DNA from: Dimorphilus gyrociliatus
Taxonomy: Eukaryota > Animalia > Annelida
Assembly (NCBI GenBank): GCA_904063045.1
Contig: CAJFCJ010000015.1
Coordinates: forward strand, 310,001 to 374,000
Direction of reading: 5' to 3'
Length of the DNA stretch: 64,000 nt
A model generated the notes under the pieces. That model was not told the DNA's origin and searched no databases. It worked only from the letters and a program-made list of their open reading frames with translations. Below are positions 58,452 through 64,000 of this stretch, one piece after another. The translations under genes and the position numbers were made by a program. Positions within the stretch are counted from its first letter, which is position 1. Every line of letters starts with the position of its first letter.

Positions 58452-59150
58452 AAAAATACTTATACTGTTATATATACAAGCGGACCATTTATATCGTTTA
58501 CATCTGTTTGTAATTGTAAAAATTCTAGTTTTTTCTACCCCCGCTATTTTCTTAAAATCGGCCACGATTTCTACGAAAAAAAAAAGTTAAATCCACAAAA
58601 TCGTATCCGATCATGCGAAAAACGGCTTTGGTTGATCCAAAGATAATCGCTTTAGAATCTTTTTTCAGGTACAGTCTCATTATCTCCCCGTTTACAATTT
58701 CGACTTGAATTGCTGGCAATTAGAATAACAGGAATAACATATCGTTGAGATAGAAAAATTGCCCTTTGATAACTTCCACATCCTATTTTTTCCCTTTTGT
58801 TTTAAAAATAAAATTCCCCTATTTCCTTTTTATCTTAGTTTAATGATTCTATTTTAATTTTTAACTAGTTTATCATGTGAATTTGCTGCGTCCAGAGACT
58901 GCCATTAGGGCTGTCAAAGCAGCAAATATTGCATTTGTACATAATGTATAATAATGCACTTATCCAGGCACTCACTCTCTATGTCTCAGATGTATCTTAG
59001 TGCGTTATTTTACTATCCTTGTTAAATTTATCAATCTTTTCCAGGAACCTCTAACCAGTGAACGATCAAGCCTAATTGCAAGATCTCGATTAGGTTCTAG
59101 AAAAAAAACTGGTAGCAGACCTAAATTTCAAGCTTCCGACCCGCCTACTG
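41869..59150 (+). CDS. Ankyrin-repeat protein with long introns; possible further terminal exon at 62909-62994
   Basis: Phase-compatible exons 41869-41946 (putative first), 47182-47519, 48457-48792, 49535-50087 and 59045-59150. Ankyrin motifs SALHVAVQHGAKDVLELLLKFGLDPN, PPLFLAV...VLQSHGANPN, SPLHLAA...LLSGGA..LAD.SGVTP, then a Ser/Arg-rich tail. Ankyrin exons are solid; the first and last exons are inferred. Confidence 0.72.
42346..42352. mobile_element. Putative Tc1/mariner excision footprint TACAGTA within an (AT)n run (representative of about 30)
   Basis: Context (AT)10-ACAG-TATATAT; TA+CAG/CTG+TA is the canonical Sleeping Beauty/Tc1-type footprint, and AT repeats are the preferred target. 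Confidence 0.5.
45102..45140. repeat. (AT)n microsatellite
   Basis: Direct reading. Confidence 0.95.
49304..49319 (+). promoter_or_regulatory. CTCF-like motif CCTCTAGATGGCGCTA
   Basis: Close match to the recalled CTCF core (CCACTAGRTGGCGC) in an intron of the ankyrin gene; one of seven AGATGGCG instances in non-coding DNA. Confidence 0.55.
55295..55421 (+). repeat. Imperfect direct repeat, two copies of about 35 bp
   Basis: gtgaccgcaacctgagctagttaaaataatggctt (55295-55329) and gtgaccaacaacctaagctagttaaaacaatggctt (55386-55421). Confidence 0.85.
57223..57256. repeat. Perfect 13-bp inverted repeat with an 8-nt loop
   Basis: tcgatttggaaaa (57223-57235) and ttttccaaatcga (57244-57256). Confidence 0.8.
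58404..58447. repeat. (AT)n microsatellite
   Basis: Direct reading; the source of the spurious YIYIYI ORF at 58395. Confidence 0.95.
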
Positions 59151-62100
59151 GTAAGCATTTTTTTACTTTCCTATCCTTCATTTTTACAATCTAACTACAC
59201 AAAAAAAACCCGATGGAAAAACACGTAATTAAGATATAGTTTTTTAAATTATTAATTAAAGTATAGAGTTATAGAATATGCGTAAAATATAAGAGAAAAG
59301 GAGCAATCGTTTCTATGGAAATAGAAATAAAGAGTAGAAAAATACAAATTGCAAAAACTGCATTCAGCGTTTCCTAACGATTAGTGCACAGTTGACGTCA
59401 TGAAAATTTCAGTAGTCGGAGGAAACGCTCCCTACGTGGCTTCAGAAGTTCAGTTCATTCAGTTAGAAAATTGTTACGTTTAAGCTTCCCTAAACTAAAA
59501 ATCAGTTAGGATTCTTGGCAATTTAGTACATTGATAAAGATGCGTTCGATTGCCAAATCATTATCTTTTCTTTTGTCTTTGCCTCTTCATGCATGCAAGC
59601 ATATATAACAAGCATACAGTATATACTGTATATATATCGTATAGAGTTATATAAGTCGTATTTGAAAAACTAATTAATTAATGCATTGTCTACAACTGTA
59701 AATACGTGCAATTAAAAGAAGAAGAAAGGATATAATATTGGTGTGGGTGGAAAACGAGGAGGAGGAATAGGAGTAAAGACAGAGAAGAAACATTACGAAT
59801 AATTGCTATAAAAATGAAACAAAAAAACAAACTATCTTTGATGGTTATTAAGAGAACTACAGAAGAGTTAGGCTCATAAATCACTGTTAATTTTAGCTTG
59901 TAGCCAATTATATAATAAATAGGCCTATGCTGGGCTAATATGTGATATTGCTGTCCATATGGCTATTGATCACGATACCCTAGCGTCTAATGGGTATGTC
60001 GGTTTGATTGAGTGGAAATTAACTAGTTCAAAAATGGGCCACCCATCTTCCTTTAATTGCTCACTGATAGTTTATAAGTTTAATCGAGTAAATATATATC
60101 CAACATCAATACCTATATACTTAACTATAATATACATATATATATATTAGTATATATATTTATATATATTTGTGTCTGCATTTCATATTTATGTCTAGTG
60201 AATATGTGATATATTTTAAACATTTATTGAAAATAGAGTGCATGTCAACTTTCGCATAGTATTGAGTATCTCTCTCCGCATAACTTTTAATATATAAATA
60301 TATATAAATATTATAATATAAACGTAAACCTAATATTCGTACTTAAATAAATTCCTTAGTATTTAAATATGTATACAGTATCCTTATTCAAATACTTGTT
60401 AATTAAAATAATTAACTGAATTAATATACCGTATATATATATATATATAAAGTCCGTACAATATACTATATATACAGTATATATATATATATTCGATCGA
60501 TGTGATAACCTGCAATCGCAAATTATTGGATAATATAGCATCATGTCAGATGCTAGCGACATCTGCACGCGTGCTTAGAATTCTAGGAATCAAAATAACC
60601 AGTATAACTAGTTAATATTCTTTATTCCTTATTTAACATATATATATACTTTATAAGAGGAAACAATTCTTTTTATATCTTAATAATACAAAATTCATTA
60701 TCAAATAATAAATAAAAAGAGAAAATATAGGCCATAATAGGTTGTCTTGCCTAACTGAAGGTTGGTTGAACTTAATACCCTTTTAGATTTTTTCTTAGGT
60801 TATAAAAAGCAATTTTTTTTCTTTCTCTACGTTAATGAACTGACTAAGGAACTTACAAAAAATTCGTAAATATACCACTTGTGGCGTAAATTCTTGTAAA
60901 TTAATCAGAAAAATGTCGTGGTTTTCCTCCTATATTCTCTTTTTCTTCCTTTTATTTCTTTCTCTATTTTCACTTGCCGTTTTCTTTTTAGTCGCAAAAA
61001 AATATTCTTTTTTATTTTACCTCATCAAATAACAATTTATCAAATCTAGGTGTCGCTGAAATCGATTTTTTAACGCTCACGAATTTATAGTCCATTCGTG
61101 GGACACTTAATTTACTAGGGTGACGCTTACGTAATAAATTGAGGGAAATGTTTGGTGCCGATAGTTGGGAATAAGAAGGAAAGAAAAAGCCATATAGATA
61201 AAAGCTTGACATGGGAGAGAATTTGATTTTTATATTCTAAACAAGTCAAGAACTAATATAGAAAATGTTAGAATACATAATGCTAATTAAAAACACCCGA
61301 AATTGGTAATATATGGAAAAATATTTGTATGATAATACTATAAAATAACAGATGTCGCTGTTTCTGTTTTTTGCAAAGAAAGGAAAGGAAATAAAAAGGG
61401 GTAGGGATGGAGGATAAATAGGTTATTCAATTTCAAAAAAGAATGGACATTTTATGTATGAAATTAGACATTATTTCCCTTTATGTTTATTGACTATCAA
61501 CACTTGTTTATTAACTAAATAAGAATGACGCCATCCTTCCATCATCGTATTAGCGTTACTTAAATGTCGTTTAGAAGTAATTTAACTAATTGGCTGTAGT
61601 AATTGGTAAGAATTTTGTAATAGATAAAGTAAGTATATAAGTATAAGATGTCAACTGGTATGCTTTTATTACGAAAAATAAAACTATGCTTCTTTTTTTT
61701 TCTTTCGTTAATGGTTTACGCCATCCTCAATAGAAATGCTTATAAATCAGCAATATGCACCATTTCACTCATATGGTTGCATTTTTTTTATACTTGTTTG
61801 ATCTTTGTTTATTCACATTTTTTAGACACTTTTAGACACCTATTTACATCTTGATTAACATTTAATATGTAGGCCTTTAATAGGAAGATAATACGTCTGG
61901 TTGGTTTATAGCTTTGTAGTAGATTTTGTTCTATTTCTTTCTCTTTCTTTTCCCTTTCACTTAACATTTTAATATATATATTTGTGTGAATATAAAGAAA
62001 ATGTCTTTTAGATGAATTAAGAGCAATATATACAAAAAATAATAATACAAGTTGACAATGTCACATTTGTAATTTATCCAATTGAATAAAGAAATTAGGT

Positions 62101-62908
62101 AGTTAGCTTTTTTTTCCCCTTTACTGTTGCTATGTATAATATTGATAATCGAGATTAATTTCATGTGCTTTTTTTCCCCTTATATTTTCCATTTATTGTT
62201 ACTTCAGTTTGAAAATCAGAATGTTCATAATGGTTGGGGAATTTGCCATTTATCACTAAAATCTCCATTTATATCATTTACCCTCCCATTGATGGAGAAT
62301 AAGAAAGCAAGTTACATGGGCGGAAGTAATTGCATTTCTAGTAATTGCTCTCCCTAACTATGGGATTCAGCTGCAATTTAGAATCCCTAGTTTTCGGCGC
62401 ATACCGTACCATAAGTATAAGGGAATAAACCACGTGACCGAAGTAATTACGAGAGTATCGTACGGGCGCGCATCAGTCGCCTTTTACAGATATGGATTGG
62501 AGAACGGCGAATAGATAATGATTAGTTATAACGGTAAGTACTTGTGAAATTTTCCATGTAAAAAATCAAACATCGGATACTAAAGAATAGAGAATCATTA
62601 GAGAAGAATAAAGTTGTAGGCGTTGCGAAAAAAATGCAGTAGTGTTTATATAGACTGTCACGGCTTAGGCTACAGGCTACTGCATTGATTGCATTCCGCA
62701 CCTGCATGGGTTATCTATTACCTGAAAAAATTCTGTGTTGGGAATGCAAAGAATTTTATACCCTGAAAATGGCCAACTGCAAGGAATTTTTCCCTGTATA
62801 CAGTTTCTTTTATGTTACTTTGAGGGTTAGAATAGTTTCGAAAAATATTATTTTTATTACGATTCCTATTCACTTCGAAACGCCTATATCAAGGATCGAT
62901 ATTCTTAG

Positions 62909-62994
62909 AATTAATATGCCGCCACCTAGTGGATAAAACGCCTCTAGACGCCGTGAGGAGAGAGACGGCGGATATCGATAGCGTCTCTCTATGA
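62909..62994 (+). CDS. Candidate terminal exon of the ankyrin-repeat gene
   Basis: Acceptor TTCTTAG ends at 62908; its phase 1 matches the donor at 59151, giving ELICRHLVDKTPLDAVRRETADIDSVSL*. All six exons sum to 1497 nt (498 aa + stop). Other readings of this island are possible. Confidence 0.35.
62919..62932 (-). promoter_or_regulatory. CTCF-like motif CCACTAGGTGGCGG
   Basis: Reverse complement of ccgccacctagtgg; near-consensus CTCF core. Confidence 0.55.
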
Positions 62995-63811
62995 ATTCGG
63001 TGAATATCGACAGTTTTCTAGCGCCTGTTATTATTCTCAAGGAATTAGCAGTAACAATGCTAGGTAGGACCGTATTTATTATTTACTACCTTATTTACTA
63101 ATTACTCTTTTATTCATATTTTTTCCTATTTATTACCTTTTTTCCAGTTTAAAAAAAAAATGACCAAAACTGTAAAACCAAAAGAAAAAGAAAATTACTA
63201 AAGGAAAAAACAAAATGTGAAGGAACAATGATTCTTTAATTTTTAACGTTTAAAAATATTTATTCAGTCGCATGTGTAGGCCTATTTAAAAATTTATAGT
63301 CGAGATTTTATGCTAAACGGGTGCGATAGCTGTAATTAATTATTTTCCCCACAAACTATCCCTACAGCATGGACGATTTTTTTTGTTTATATTTAAAAGC
63401 GAGTCGACTATATACGCGAATTATCGATCGAGTGGAAATTAAAAGAAGCGGAATTAAAAGTTTGCGGGGTTTCGTAGAAAATCTGGAAAAAAACTTGCAT
63501 ACAGTGCACTCCAGTTAATTGCAGACTCTCAAGGGATCAAAAATAGTTTTAATAATCCAGACCGAAAGGCAATTAAGAAAGAAATTGCCTCACTTTAGAG
63601 AAAAAGAAAAAATTTTATAAAAAAATTACGAATTAAAATATTATTAGATATAATTATTTAAAGATTTTAATAACTGTGCATTAATTTTCTATAAGTACTT
63701 AATTAATTATGAATCCTTTATTAAGTAGTCATCTAATTGATATTTCCTTCTATTAATATATAATATTTAATCATATATTTTAATATACTCTTTTATACGT
63801 GCAGTATATAA

Positions 63812-63814
<3 letters not shown>

Positions 63815-63881
<67 letters not shown>

Positions 63882-63883
63882 TA
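63815..63883. repeat. (TA)32 microsatellite ending in a TACAGTA heptamer
   Basis: Direct reading; the longest TA run in the window. Confidence 0.95.
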
Positions 63884-64000
63884 TAATAAACACCATTTTA
63901 ATAATCATTTAATTCTTTCTTTCTCCGATTTCAACTTTCCCCATCGGTTTTTTTTTTAATGTATCACCTTGAGGTGTATTCATTATATTTTAATTAAGAG

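Noticed and set aside
56191-58646. ORFs 56191-56433, 56309-56521 and 58395-58646 (also 41096-41308 and 60356-60568)
   Set aside because: Tyr/Ile-rich translations of (AT)n microsatellites.

Overview
AT-rich eukaryotic (metazoan) genomic DNA, not prokaryotic. Most introns are short GT-AG introns of about 55-70 nt, which suggests a compact invertebrate genome; a miniaturised annelid such as Dimorphilus would fit, but this is inference only. Bases 1-35,000 are gene-dense: the 3' half of a phenylalanine/tyrosine ammonia-lyase-type gene (plant/fungal-type motifs, not animal histidase), a lectin/EGF membrane receptor, an Mcr-like thioester-family protein with a dead thioester motif, an IGFBP-domain secreted protein, WDR33, an orphan ORF, PECR, PIGO, PDPK1, DNAJC24/DPH4 and a divergent ionotropic receptor. 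Bases 35,000-64,000 are mostly non-coding and carry one ankyrin-repeat gene with multi-kb introns, many microsatellites and enriched CTCF-like and E-box motifs. The two strongest second-look signals are (1) an intron-containing PAL-type enzyme among animal genes and (2) about 30 TACAGTA/TACTGTA heptamers in TA-rich runs that match canonical Tc1/mariner excision footprints. I found no tRNA, rRNA, CRISPR array or intact transposase by eye. Exon boundaries and counts were derived manually, and reference motifs are recalled from memory, not from database searches.
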